From contig CAZLEV010000003.1 in assembly GCA_964558645.1 (NCBI GenBank), positions 1-64,000 on the forward strand: a stretch of 64,000 nt of DNA, in the 5' to 3' direction. Made by a program: the position numbers and the translations under genes. Positions 1 through 9,179 of the stretch are shown in pieces (positions within the stretch are counted from its first letter, which is position 1; each line of letters begins with the position of its first letter). The stretch comes from an uncultured archaeon (lineage in GTDB: Archaea; Asgardarchaeota; Thorarchaeia; Thorarchaeales; Thorarchaeaceae). Under the pieces are notes generated by a model. It was not told where the DNA came from, did not search any database, and saw only the letters and a program-made list of their open reading frames with translations.

Positions 1-316
1 GCTATGATTCTTCTCCTTTCCACTCGAAGATGCATTACACCATATCCCCTGCGTGCGGTTTTCGTCAAGTAACCGACCGTTTCCTATGAGGCTCTTCCCT
101 CTTTTCCTATTTAAGAATACAAGCCATCTGGATGGCCACCACGTGGCCGAGGACTGGCTTCATTCGCGCTCTAGACGGTATATTCAGGGTGCTTCGTCTG
201 TCTGTTGACTCAGGACACGACATCCCTCCAATCTTGCCAGAAGTAGTACACAATTCGAGGGTCATTTCTTAACAAACGGCCACGCCCAATCATGCCTGCT
301 TGGAAAATAGAGAGGG

Positions 317-1201
317 GTGATCCAGTACGTGGGCATCCTTGGCAATCGTCACTCCAGCTATGGGCTGGTGGACATGCGCATCCACGACATCAGCGTGGTC
401 TGCGACCTCAGCAGGCGTCATCCCGGGACTCCTGATGTGCCCGCACCGAGTGAGGATCCGGACCAGAGTAATCTGTCAGCACTAGATGGTACTCAGAAAG
501 GATGCGCTTCATCATCTCTCGAAATCCAAGCTAAAACAGATTTCAGTCAGGCTAAGGCCGATCTGGTTCAAACATCTTGGTCTCCAGGATGGCCGAAACT
601 CAACTTCAAAGTACTGGATCCTCTTAGCACTGGTACAGCATTGATTCATTTCTCCATTGACCTCCTAAATGCAATTGCCATCTATGCGGAGGATATAGCT
701 CTCTGGATACATGATTGCATTAATTTCGTCGGGGATAAGGCGGGTTATGTCATATCACTTCTGGAGGAGATCTTCGAGCTCGGATTTGACTATCTTGTCA
801 TCCGATACACCATGAATATGGCACTATCCTCTTGGGTACTTGTTGATACTGTAAAGATGATGGATATTTCGACGACCGTTCTACTGGCCAGTATAGCGGG
901 TGCGACCATAATCACAGCCGGCCTAATCGGGTTCTTGTACGCGTGGAGTGCAGCAGCAATCGAATTGTTTGGTCTTCTATTCATGCTCTTCCCAAAGCTG
1001 ATTCCTTCGTTGATGAATGCCAACCGATTGCTAGGATTATGTTGGAGGTTCCGAGATGCAGGTTGGGGTGGGAACGCAAATATACGTAAGGGAATCTGGT
1101 ATGCAGCAGTATCCCTTGTAAAGGTGATTGCAGTGATAGTTGCTGGCTACTCCCTCTTCTACTTCTATACGCTCGGTGTGGTCATGGGAGGCGGCGAATA
1201 G
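317..1201 (+). CDS. Hypothetical membrane protein, possibly the C-terminal remnant of a larger protein
   Basis: 294-aa ORF. The C-terminal half has several hydrophobic Gly/Ala-rich helices. The N-terminal ~70 aa look unstructured and the GTG start is uncertain. The stop overlaps the next start by 1 nt. Confidence 0.45.
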   Translation: MIQYVGILGNRHSSYGLVDMRIHDISVVCDLSRRHPGTPDVPAPSEDPDQSNLSALDGTQKGCASSSLEIQAKTDFSQAKADLVQTSWSPGWPKLNFKVLDPLSTGTALIHFSIDLLNAIAIYAEDIALWIHDCINFVGDKAGYVISLLEEIFELGFDYLVIRYTMNMALSSWVLVDTVKMMDISTTVLLASIAGATIITAGLIGFLYAWSAAAIELFGLLFMLFPKLIPSLMNANRLLGLCWRFRDAGWGGNANIRKGIWYAAVSLVKVIAVIVAGYSLFYFYTLGVVMGGGE

Positions 1202-1758
1202 TGGTTTGGCCCAGCATCATCCTTATTGTTCTCGCCATTCTCATTGGACTCATATTCCTCATTTCAGATTGGGCATATCGAAGGATGAGAGGGCCCTCTT
1301 TTCTGCTGAAACTGAGGGACTGGTTTTTTGGAACATCGAGACGTGCCATCTTGGCCATAGAAACAGTTCTCGCAATCTTTCTGTTAGCACTCTCTCTGCC
1401 GGCGCTCTGGTATACCGGAGAGTATTCCAAAACCCTTAGACTCGTAGTTCTGGTGAATGCACTGGTCTGGCCCTCACTAGTCTACTTATTCGTCACCGTT
1501 GTCTATAGTAAAAGAATGACGGGAACGGTTCCCGGTGATGAACTCATTTCCCTAATCGAAGACCGCTACAACGAAAAAGGGCAAATCGAGGACGTTGCAG
1601 AGATCTTACTCGAGAAGTATGAGGCACCACCTGAGCAAACCGTTTCCGATGAGTACCTTCACGCCAAAAGGCGATTGATGGAAAGAGATGATGAAGTCGG
1701 TACAGCCTTCCGTACGTCCCTAGAGAGATGGAGGACGCAACGTCCTAGGAGAAGCTAG
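1201..1758 (+). CDS. Hypothetical 3-TM membrane protein with charged C-terminal domain
   Basis: Three hydrophobic segments, then a soluble helical tail. GGAGG SD upstream; coupled to the previous ORF (TAG/GTG overlap). Confidence 0.7.
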   Translation: MVWPSIILIVLAILIGLIFLISDWAYRRMRGPSFLLKLRDWFFGTSRRAILAIETVLAIFLLALSLPALWYTGEYSKTLRLVVLVNALVWPSLVYLFVTVVYSKRMTGTVPGDELISLIEDRYNEKGQIEDVAEILLEKYEAPPEQTVSDEYLHAKRRLMERDDEVGTAFRTSLERWRTQRPRRS

Positions 1759-2058
1759 TTTGCTTCAGGTCGGGACACTAGAAGTCAAATCATTTTGCAG
1801 GAGATTCTGTTTCTAGGTGCAAAGGGGGAACTCAGACAGACCAGACTGGAGAGAACCTTTCCAAATTTCTGACGCGGTGGATAGGTTCGGTTGACGAAGC
1901 GATTTAGTGTCCCCAGAAGATATACTTATGGCAGAAGCCGATTCAGGCATTATTAGTTAGTGGTTCGTCACCAGCATCGGAGTTCATCAGAGATGAGAAT
2001 ATCGCTTCGTAGCGAGGAGGTCATAAGATGCAGCCACTCCAAGATATGAGTCACTAAG

Positions 2059-2289
2059 ATGGATACGCTCTTAGACTGGCTATTCCCCTACCGGGTGTTT
2101 GTCTTGCTTCTGATAGGCGCACCGGCCCCTCTTATTTGGGCGTTTGGCCAATATGTCGAGGCCGTTATCTATAACCCTCAACGACTTGACGCAATCGTTC
2201 TTGTGAACAAATGCCACGAGCGGTTATCTGAGTCCCGCCGGGAACATCGCAGTCTATTCGACATCCTCCTCTATCCAAAGGGGATATAG
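2059..2289 (+). pseudogene. Probable degenerate fragment paralogous to 1201..1758
   Basis: LDWLF..LIWAFGQY..AIVLVN lines up by eye with LRDWFF..ALWYTGEY..LVVLVN. Flanking DNA is rich in stop codons. Confidence 0.35.
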
Positions 2290-2351
2290 CACCACAACTC
2301 TAAATAGAAATCAACGACTCTTCGACTCTCAGTAACTTATTCAGGAGACAA

Positions 2352-3386
2352 TTGGATATGGCATCGGAAACAGCCGCAGCGGACACAATGAAATGCCCAG
2401 TCTGCAACGGCAATGTCCGGTTAGGCCCAGACGATGTTGTGATTACGTGCTCATTCTGCGGTAGCACCACCACTATCGAAGGCAAGGCTATCGGCGAACA
2501 CTTGATGGAGGCCGCCAAGGATAGCGATGCTCGGCTCAAGGCTTTTCGAGATTTCTTGGACAAGAACAAGGGAATCAACAAGGCATTGATCGACTCGGCC
2601 GAGGTTGTGGAGAACACACTCATCTATGTGCCTGTCTGGACAGCAAAAGTGAAGGCTGACACTTGGTACAAAGGCTACAAGACGGTCCAAGTACCGGTTC
2701 AGCGTCAAGAGACCTATAAAGATAGCGAGGGAAACACTCGAACTCGCACTGTGACAGAGTACGAGACTGGCTACGTCCCGGTTCAGGATGAGATTCATAC
2801 TGATACAGATGAACGTCTTGTGGCACGAAAGGGTGCGAGATTCTATGGTCTGGAGGACTATCTTGAAACCGTCGATGTGAAGAACACCGAGCCCTACAAC
2901 TTCGAGAAAATCAAGGATCTCGAGCCCATGCTTCTCAATGCAGAGATTGGCCAGGAGGAGTTTGAGAAGACCGTACACGGTCGTGTGGCAGACAGACATC
3001 GCAGTCAGGCCAAGTCAGGACTGCAGGAACTCTTTGACTGTCGTACAAACACAAACGTGCGCGGAACGACCTACCTTCAGACTCCTTTTGCCTTGGTTCG
3101 ATACAAGTTCGAGGGTCAGCTCTACAAGTGTGCCCTTAATGGTCACAGCGGAAAAGTGGTTCGGGGTGAGATTCCTATCACTCGGGCTCAGAGAATACTC
3201 TGGACTGTTATGGGTCTCATCGGAATAGTGCTGGGTGGAGCGGGCGGCCAAATGGCTTACTGGGGCTTCGCAGCTGACATAACCGAACTGAGCCTGATAG
3301 GTATTCTGGCTTTGGTCATCGGAGTTGTCATGACGTTCTTCGGAATGAAAGTGCTGCTTATGACGCAGCGGGAGAAGAAGGGGTGA
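2352..3386 (+). CDS. Zn-ribbon membrane protein (YdjG-like), paralog 1
   Basis: N-terminal CPVC..CSFC, 'YVPVW' motif, 'YKCALNGHSGKVVRGEIP', two C-terminal TMs. AGGAG SD. Confidence 0.75.
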   Translation: MDMASETAAADTMKCPVCNGNVRLGPDDVVITCSFCGSTTTIEGKAIGEHLMEAAKDSDARLKAFRDFLDKNKGINKALIDSAEVVENTLIYVPVWTAKVKADTWYKGYKTVQVPVQRQETYKDSEGNTRTRTVTEYETGYVPVQDEIHTDTDERLVARKGARFYGLEDYLETVDVKNTEPYNFEKIKDLEPMLLNAEIGQEEFEKTVHGRVADRHRSQAKSGLQELFDCRTNTNVRGTTYLQTPFALVRYKFEGQLYKCALNGHSGKVVRGEIPITRAQRILWTVMGLIGIVLGGAGGQMAYWGFAADITELSLIGILALVIGVVMTFFGMKVLLMTQREKKG

Positions 3387-3391
3387 AGTAA

Positions 3392-4351
3392 ATGGCTAGA
3401 TGTGCTTTTTGTGATGCAGACTTCGAAACAGGACGCGGGGATGTTCTTCTCGTTTGTCCCTATTGTGGTACTGCTCAGACTACTGAGGGAGCGAAGTTCA
3501 AGGACCACTATATGATCCGTGTTCACTTCAACCAAAGTGAATCTCAACGAACCTTGCTTGACTGGTGTTCAAAGCAACTTGGCACCCCAGGGGACCTCTC
3601 TGTGGCGGCTAGGTTCCTCGAATACAGACTCATCTTCTATCCCTTCTGGATCAGCCGAGTTGACTCCCATACTACCTACACGGGTATGGGCAAAGATGCG
3701 AACTTCTATGACGAGTGGCCACAGAGGCGCGGGGCCTACAAACGGATAGACTTCTTCTGGAAGCCAGAATCAGGTTCGTTCACACGTCGGCATGAGATCA
3801 GTATCCCGGGTGTCCCCAGTATTGACGAGGACATCCGAAACTTTCCGATTCCAACGAGAGCAAAGGAATACTTCAGCAACGCACATGCAGACGAGTTCGA
3901 TGGCAAGGTGCTGCACAGCAAAATCGGTGAGGATGAGGCCCGAGAGGCTGCGAAGAAGGCTGCCTACGACCGGCAGACTAGATTAGTTCTTGATGAAGTC
4001 GACAAGATTGAGACACGCGACGACAACTTGGACGTCGGTGAGACCTTCTTGATACATGTCCCGATCTGGGAGCTCACCTATAGATACGGCAAGAAGAAAT
4101 ACAAGGCTTCCGTTGCTGCTGCGACTGGTTATGTCATCGAGAGCAAGTATCCTCGTTCCATGGCGTTCAGGGCAATGGGCATCGGCTTTGGACTCATCGC
4201 CTTGCTTGCGGGTATCGGCCTACTCACACTGGCCTTCTACCTCGGAATCCTGGTTGGAGCTGGTGTTGTTTCAGGGAGCATGCTTTCCATCATTGGTCTG
4301 GCATTGCTCTACAAGGGAGTCTCCCGAAAAGAGGCAAAAGAGCTGATCTAG
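3392..4351 (+). CDS. Zn-ribbon membrane protein (YdjG-like), paralog 2
   Basis: CAFC..CPYC, 'FYPFW', 'HVPIWELTYRY', two C-terminal TMs. Same architecture as the upstream gene. Confidence 0.75.
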   Translation: MARCAFCDADFETGRGDVLLVCPYCGTAQTTEGAKFKDHYMIRVHFNQSESQRTLLDWCSKQLGTPGDLSVAARFLEYRLIFYPFWISRVDSHTTYTGMGKDANFYDEWPQRRGAYKRIDFFWKPESGSFTRRHEISIPGVPSIDEDIRNFPIPTRAKEYFSNAHADEFDGKVLHSKIGEDEAREAAKKAAYDRQTRLVLDEVDKIETRDDNLDVGETFLIHVPIWELTYRYGKKKYKASVAAATGYVIESKYPRSMAFRAMGIGFGLIALLAGIGLLTLAFYLGILVGAGVVSGSMLSIIGLALLYKGVSRKEAKELI

Positions 4352-4353
4352 GC

Positions 4354-4398
4354 GAGACCGAGAGGTCTCACCCCTCTTTCTTTTTTTCTTGTTCTTTT
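4354..4398 (+). terminator. Hairpin plus long pyrimidine/T tract between convergent genes
   Basis: GAGACC-gaga-GGTCTC followed by TTTCTTTTTTTCTTGTTCTTTT. Confidence 0.55.
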
Positions 4399-5553
4399 CT
4401 ATACAAGCAGTGGATAGACCGCTTCGCTATCATTCTCGCCAGTGATGCGATGTAGTATGGGGACATCGCGAATCCATTTGTCGAGTTCATTGCCGAGAAT
4501 CGAATCTAGGGCAACAAGCAGATCCTTTTCCTGATTGACGACTAGAGGCTTGTTCTCAAGCGATTTCTCTATTCCGGCGCGCACGGTCCAAGGTCCTAAG
4601 ATGGCATCATTTCCGCTGCGGATGTGATGGAACACCGTGATGTGCGAAGACCGTTGATGCTGCAACATTTTCTTATAAATCACGAAACGAGCATGGTCCG
4701 CATAGAGAGATGTCTTTGGGTCTGATGGTGTTGATTGAGGGCTCTCTATGCTATGCTTGGTCTTTCTTGGAGTGTCCGAGTCATCGAGTTGAAGATAGTC
4801 AACTCTCGGAGGTCCCGGTCGTATTGCCACAACCACGAGAGAGTCCAGATGGCTGGCAATGTGGACTTGGGTTTCATTGACGTGTTTCATTTCAGATAGT
4901 TCGAAAATCGCTCTACTCACGAATGAATCGATTACTGCTTTGTAGGCTCCGTGGAGTGGTACAAATCGACGCGAGCCATGTCTTCCAAGTAAGCCTGCCG
5001 CCATGATACGGGCCACTTGATCAAGAGAGTAGTCGTAGTCCATGAGTCGCCAGATGCCTTCGGCTGCAGGAATGTCTCTCTGAGTGATTCTCTCGGCGAC
5101 GGTACTGATTTCTGGCTCGGTGAGAAGGTCTATCGATTTCACCTGAACGCGCGGGCTCGTAGGAAGAAGGCCAGCCTGAGACTGGAGATGGGGTGGAGGC
5201 AGGGTGGGACCTTCCACGCCTATGGCAAGAGGATTGACGGCAAGGGCGATTCTCTGAATGAGATGCGCCAGTCGTTCGGGTTTTCCATTACGTGCATTCA
5301 AGGGAAGAACAAATCTGTAGAGACTTCGCCGCATGTTTAGAAGGGTCTCTCTGTCTAGGCCTTGCCATGCCTCAGGATGATTGAATATCGAGAGGTGTTT
5401 GGAGGGCCTGAGAGATCCGAGAATGCCCGCAAAGACCAAGGGATACCTCGCAGTCTCGATGACTATTCCCGGAGGTGTGAAGATTGTCACCTCTGTCGTC
5501 AGCTCTGCCGGTTCAAGGACCGTTTGGTTTCCAAGAGCCTGTGTCGTGTACAT
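4399..5553 (-). CDS. Divergent Nre-family (archaeal DNA repair) protein
   Basis: 'PPGIVIETARYPLVFAG', 'HPEAW', 'MAAGLLGRHGSRRFVP..AYKAVID' and 'LGPWTVR' resemble Nre motifs (PPSVFVG.YGYP, LSxGLLG..RRLVPTRWSITAVD, GVWQVRE). Confidence 0.6.
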   Translation of the reverse strand: MYTTQALGNQTVLEPAELTTEVTIFTPPGIVIETARYPLVFAGILGSLRPSKHLSIFNHPEAWQGLDRETLLNMRRSLYRFVLPLNARNGKPERLAHLIQRIALAVNPLAIGVEGPTLPPPHLQSQAGLLPTSPRVQVKSIDLLTEPEISTVAERITQRDIPAAEGIWRLMDYDYSLDQVARIMAAGLLGRHGSRRFVPLHGAYKAVIDSFVSRAIFELSEMKHVNETQVHIASHLDSLVVVAIRPGPPRVDYLQLDDSDTPRKTKHSIESPQSTPSDPKTSLYADHARFVIYKKMLQHQRSSHITVFHHIRSGNDAILGPWTVRAGIEKSLENKPLVVNQEKDLLVALDSILGNELDKWIRDVPILHRITGENDSEAVYPLLV

Positions 5554-5761
5554 TTTCTGACCCCTTCTGTAGACTAGGACAGGCTTAAGTATGAAGTCCG
5601 CGTGCTTTGTCGCTTCTTCTGGATGGTTGTCTGATTGGTGAAACAGTGTGGCGGTGGAGTGAGGTGACCGAAACTATTCTCGTGCATGATTAGATTGATA
5701 TTGGTCAAATACAACGGCTGATGTTGAATCCCTGAGGTTGAATTGAGGTATTGGATGGGCT

Positions 5762-7366
5762 TTGTCGATGACGAATCTCGTGAGTGAAGATAATGATTGG
5801 ATGGGTAAGCTTGATTCATGGATTGATTCTCGTTTCCATGTGGACAGAATAGCCACACCACATAGAATACTCATACTAATCATTGCAGTAGTCGTGACAA
5901 CCACAACTGTCATCCATTATCTGGCAGCCATGTTTGGCTGGACAAATCCAGGGTTCAGCTTGGATGATTCGTGGATACATCTTGAATATGCGCGCAGTAT
6001 ATTCGAGGGCCGAGCGTGGGAGTATTCTCCTGGAGTTCCTTCGACAGGGTCCACAAGCCCGTTGTGGTCGATTGTTCTGAGTCCACTATTCTTGTTCACG
6101 AGCAACTCGTTGCTTCTTGTTCTGGGTGTTCATCTGATTGCGTGGATCTTGTACACTGCAACATCGTTCCTTGCAGGCCTTGTTGTCTTGGAACACACAA
6201 ACAACCTGATGGTTTCTGCTCTTGCCATAGTGGGATTCGTGCTGGTACCGGGAAACACGTGGCTCATGCTCTCGGGAATGGAGTATCCTCTCTTTGGGTT
6301 CATTCTCATTGCTGGAATCTGGACAGCCGCACAGGACGGAGAAGCATATGATGTAGTGCTGGGGGTTCTGTGGGGCGCTGCATTTCTGGCTCGACCTGAG
6401 GGTCTGGTGCCCTTAGGACTCTGTGTTCTCGCCCGTCTTCTGGTACGGCTTGTTCGATCAGAAAACAAATCTCGTCAGCTTGGTCTGTTTGCCATGAAGA
6501 TTCCAATCGCACTGCTTATCATGCTTCCTTGGATTCTGCATTGTCTTAGCGTCACGGGCCATCCACTTCCAGACACGTTCTATGCCAAGACAGGCACTCC
6601 CACAGCGTTTGAGATTGAGGCATGGAATTCATGGTGGATATATTGGCTCAGTGTCTATTTCTTCTTAGGCATCGGTGCCATAACAGGCGTTTATACACTC
6701 AAGAATCTGAGGCCATACGTCTGGGTAGTGCCTCTGTCCTTGATTGTGCTCTACAGGCTCGTTATCCCCTATCAGGCTCTCGTCAACAACGCTAGATACC
6801 TCACTCCAGCTTTTGCCCTCCTGATGCTCTGTGCAGTGATTGGCTTATCGGGGGCTGTCTATGCGATTCTGAAGCGGTTAATACCAAGTGCTACCCTACA
6901 TCACACTGCAGTGACCTTTCTTATCGTAGGTCTTCTACTAGCTCCAACTGTCGGAACCTACAACCACCAGGCACACTTCTTCGGTAACGCGGTCAAGAAC
7001 ATAAATGAAATGCAGGTAACAATCGGTATCTGGATTAACGAGAACACGCCTTCAGATGCAGTACTGGCTATCAGTGATGTCGGCGCCATTCGTTTCTTCT
7101 CAGAGCGACAAGTCATCGATCTCTTGGGTCTTGTCACCCCGGATATAACCCACATGAACCTGACTCCGTCCCAAACCCTAGAGTATCTGCGTGATCACGG
7201 CTGTGAATATCTCGTCCTGTTCGAGGTGTGGTATACACTCTGGAAGCCTGCTCTTGGAAATGCGGCTCACCGTCTTTATACTGTGAATCTGACAGACAAT
7301 GTAATTTGCGCTCGACCAGTTATGTCCGTCTTCTGGGTGAACTGGAGCATGGTGCCTCTCTCATGA
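5762..7366 (+). CDS. GT-C-fold multi-TM glycosyltransferase (lipid-linked sugar donor)
   Basis: 'DDSWIHLEYAR', 'GSTSPLW', 'SGME', 'ARPEG', about 11 TMs, C-terminal 'DVGAIRFFS..IDLLGLVTP' domain. True start may be ATG 5801. Confidence 0.7.
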   Translation: MSMTNLVSEDNDWMGKLDSWIDSRFHVDRIATPHRILILIIAVVVTTTTVIHYLAAMFGWTNPGFSLDDSWIHLEYARSIFEGRAWEYSPGVPSTGSTSPLWSIVLSPLFLFTSNSLLLVLGVHLIAWILYTATSFLAGLVVLEHTNNLMVSALAIVGFVLVPGNTWLMLSGMEYPLFGFILIAGIWTAAQDGEAYDVVLGVLWGAAFLARPEGLVPLGLCVLARLLVRLVRSENKSRQLGLFAMKIPIALLIMLPWILHCLSVTGHPLPDTFYAKTGTPTAFEIEAWNSWWIYWLSVYFFLGIGAITGVYTLKNLRPYVWVVPLSLIVLYRLVIPYQALVNNARYLTPAFALLMLCAVIGLSGAVYAILKRLIPSATLHHTAVTFLIVGLLLAPTVGTYNHQAHFFGNAVKNINEMQVTIGIWINENTPSDAVLAISDVGAIRFFSERQVIDLLGLVTPDITHMNLTPSQTLEYLRDHGCEYLVLFEVWYTLWKPALGNAAHRLYTVNLTDNVICARPVMSVFWVNWSMVPLS

Positions 7367-7436
7367 AGCAAGCTGGAGATGGCTTGTCGCATCATACTTA
7401 AAATGAGAGTGGACCTCTGACGAAGTGGTGAGTTGA

Positions 7437-7889
7437 TTGGACGTTAAGGAACAGATTGCCGATTACCTAGACCTTCTCGAGATGAAGCACACATGGAACG
7501 AGAAGAAAGAACGGTTTGAGTTGACATTTACTGAACGCAAGGACGAGAAACCAGCCAGCCCTTCCGCGACAGGAGATGATGTCCAGTTCAGGTATACTGT
7601 TTGTATCCAACCCACCGATAAATGGGTCCAAGTATATTGTGACGTGATTCCCCTGAAAGAAGTACCAGATGAGGTACGGGAGGGGTTGTTCCTCGATTTG
7701 CTCGCGATGAACCGTAAGTATGCCGAAGTATGCTTCGACTACCACGACGAGAGAGAGGTCATCGGAACATCACAAGAGATGATGGTACAGGGCTTTCATT
7801 TCGATAGTTTCAGGGCAGAATTCTTGGCGGTTCCTTGGGCTGTGAAGAAATTCTGGACAGAGGTCGCAGCGAAATATGGCCTTAAATGA
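7437..7889 (+). CDS. YbjN/CesT-like domain protein
   Basis: 150 aa, acidic. The 'LFLDLLAMNRKYAEVCF' helix-strand pattern is typical of the YbjN/type III chaperone fold. Confidence 0.55.
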   Translation: MDVKEQIADYLDLLEMKHTWNEKKERFELTFTERKDEKPASPSATGDDVQFRYTVCIQPTDKWVQVYCDVIPLKEVPDEVREGLFLDLLAMNRKYAEVCFDYHDEREVIGTSQEMMVQGFHFDSFRAEFLAVPWAVKKFWTEVAAKYGLK

Positions 7890-9143
7890 TCAGAGAGTCT
7901 GCAGGCGAGATCTGATTCTTCCTAGCATCTTCTGATACAGCTCTAAAGGTTGTTCGACTTCAGAGAATCCACCGGTATAGACATCACGACTTCCCCCACC
8001 TCTCCCTCCTAGGTCTTCCACCACATCTGCAATCAGGTTCTTTGCCTCTTTGTCAAGCTCATTTGTGACGAAGATGAAACTTGACTTCTCGCTCGGAACA
8101 AAGAAGAGGACTGCACCTGCGCCTGTGAAGGGGATTTGCCTGATGAGTGTCCTTAGCTCTCCAATATCGAATCCCGCGAGGTACTCAGCATCGAAGTTGA
8201 CTTTGCCCACGCGTTCCCACTTTATTGCTTGAATCAGTAGCTCTTTTGATGTGTCAAGCAATAGGTTCAACTGGTTATCGAGCGTCCTGCTCTTTTCGAT
8301 TATCGCTCCGAGCTGTTCCATCTCGAAGGAGTACTCATGCTTCTTGTCCAGAGCGATGTTGTACACCTCGGTTGCAGCTTGCTTCGCACGGGACCCCGTG
8401 AGGAACTCAACTCTGATACCGTCTTCAAGTCGTCTGAAATCTACAATCTTGAAGAATCCTATCTCGGCCGAATTGGAAACATGGGTTCCCGAACAGGCTG
8501 AGCTGTCCAGATCTCCAAAAGATACGACCCGGATCCGTTCGTGTTTCGCCGCGATTCCGTCCCGTGCGCGAACTTCTTCTGGCAGTTCATGTGGAGCAAC
8601 CAGATTCCATGTCATTGGTATGCCCTGGTCGATTGCGTTATTGACTCTCTTCTCTCCTCTCACGAGCTCATCGAATTGAAGCGAGTCAGCATGAATGTCC
8701 ACTACGCCTTTCTCACCAGTAATCCAGATGTAACCCAGTCGGGTTTCCGCTCTGATACTCTTCATCATCATCACGAAGAGATGCTCAGCAGAGTGATTCT
8801 GCATGAGGCCTCTTCGCCAACCCCTGTTGATTTCCAGAACTGCATCGCTCCCTTCAGCTATGGGCTGGTTGCACATAAGGACTGTTTCTCCGTGTCTATC
8901 AACAACGTCAAAGACATCGACGACATTCTGGCCAGAGCGTAGATGACCACGGTCTCCAGCCTGACCACCTCCTTCGGGACGCGCCACTGGTTGATCGATA
9001 CGTACCTCGAAGTGTTCGTCTTCTTTGTTACACTGCTGAACTCTGACTTGAAATATGCTCTTCTCAGGATTTCTCCAGTAGATGGGTGTATCTTCCAAAT
9101 GCATCACCACGGCCGAAAGCGATAAAACATCTCTTGAGGCCAC
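7890..9143 (-). CDS. alaX: Alanyl-tRNA editing protein (AlaX) with C-terminal DHHA1 domain
   Basis: 'PEGGGQAGDRG', 'HSAEH' and 'CSGTH' zinc editing motifs; C-terminal 'GGRGGG'. Confidence 0.85.
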   Translation of the reverse strand: MASRDVLSLSAVVMHLEDTPIYWRNPEKSIFQVRVQQCNKEDEHFEVRIDQPVARPEGGGQAGDRGHLRSGQNVVDVFDVVDRHGETVLMCNQPIAEGSDAVLEINRGWRRGLMQNHSAEHLFVMMMKSIRAETRLGYIWITGEKGVVDIHADSLQFDELVRGEKRVNNAIDQGIPMTWNLVAPHELPEEVRARDGIAAKHERIRVVSFGDLDSSACSGTHVSNSAEIGFFKIVDFRRLEDGIRVEFLTGSRAKQAATEVYNIALDKKHEYSFEMEQLGAIIEKSRTLDNQLNLLLDTSKELLIQAIKWERVGKVNFDAEYLAGFDIGELRTLIRQIPFTGAGAVLFFVPSEKSSFIFVTNELDKEAKNLIADVVEDLGGRGGGSRDVYTGGFSEVEQPLELYQKMLGRIRSRLQTL

Positions 9144-9179
9144 TAACGAGTCTATTGGTACTAAGTGGAGTTAAATCTC

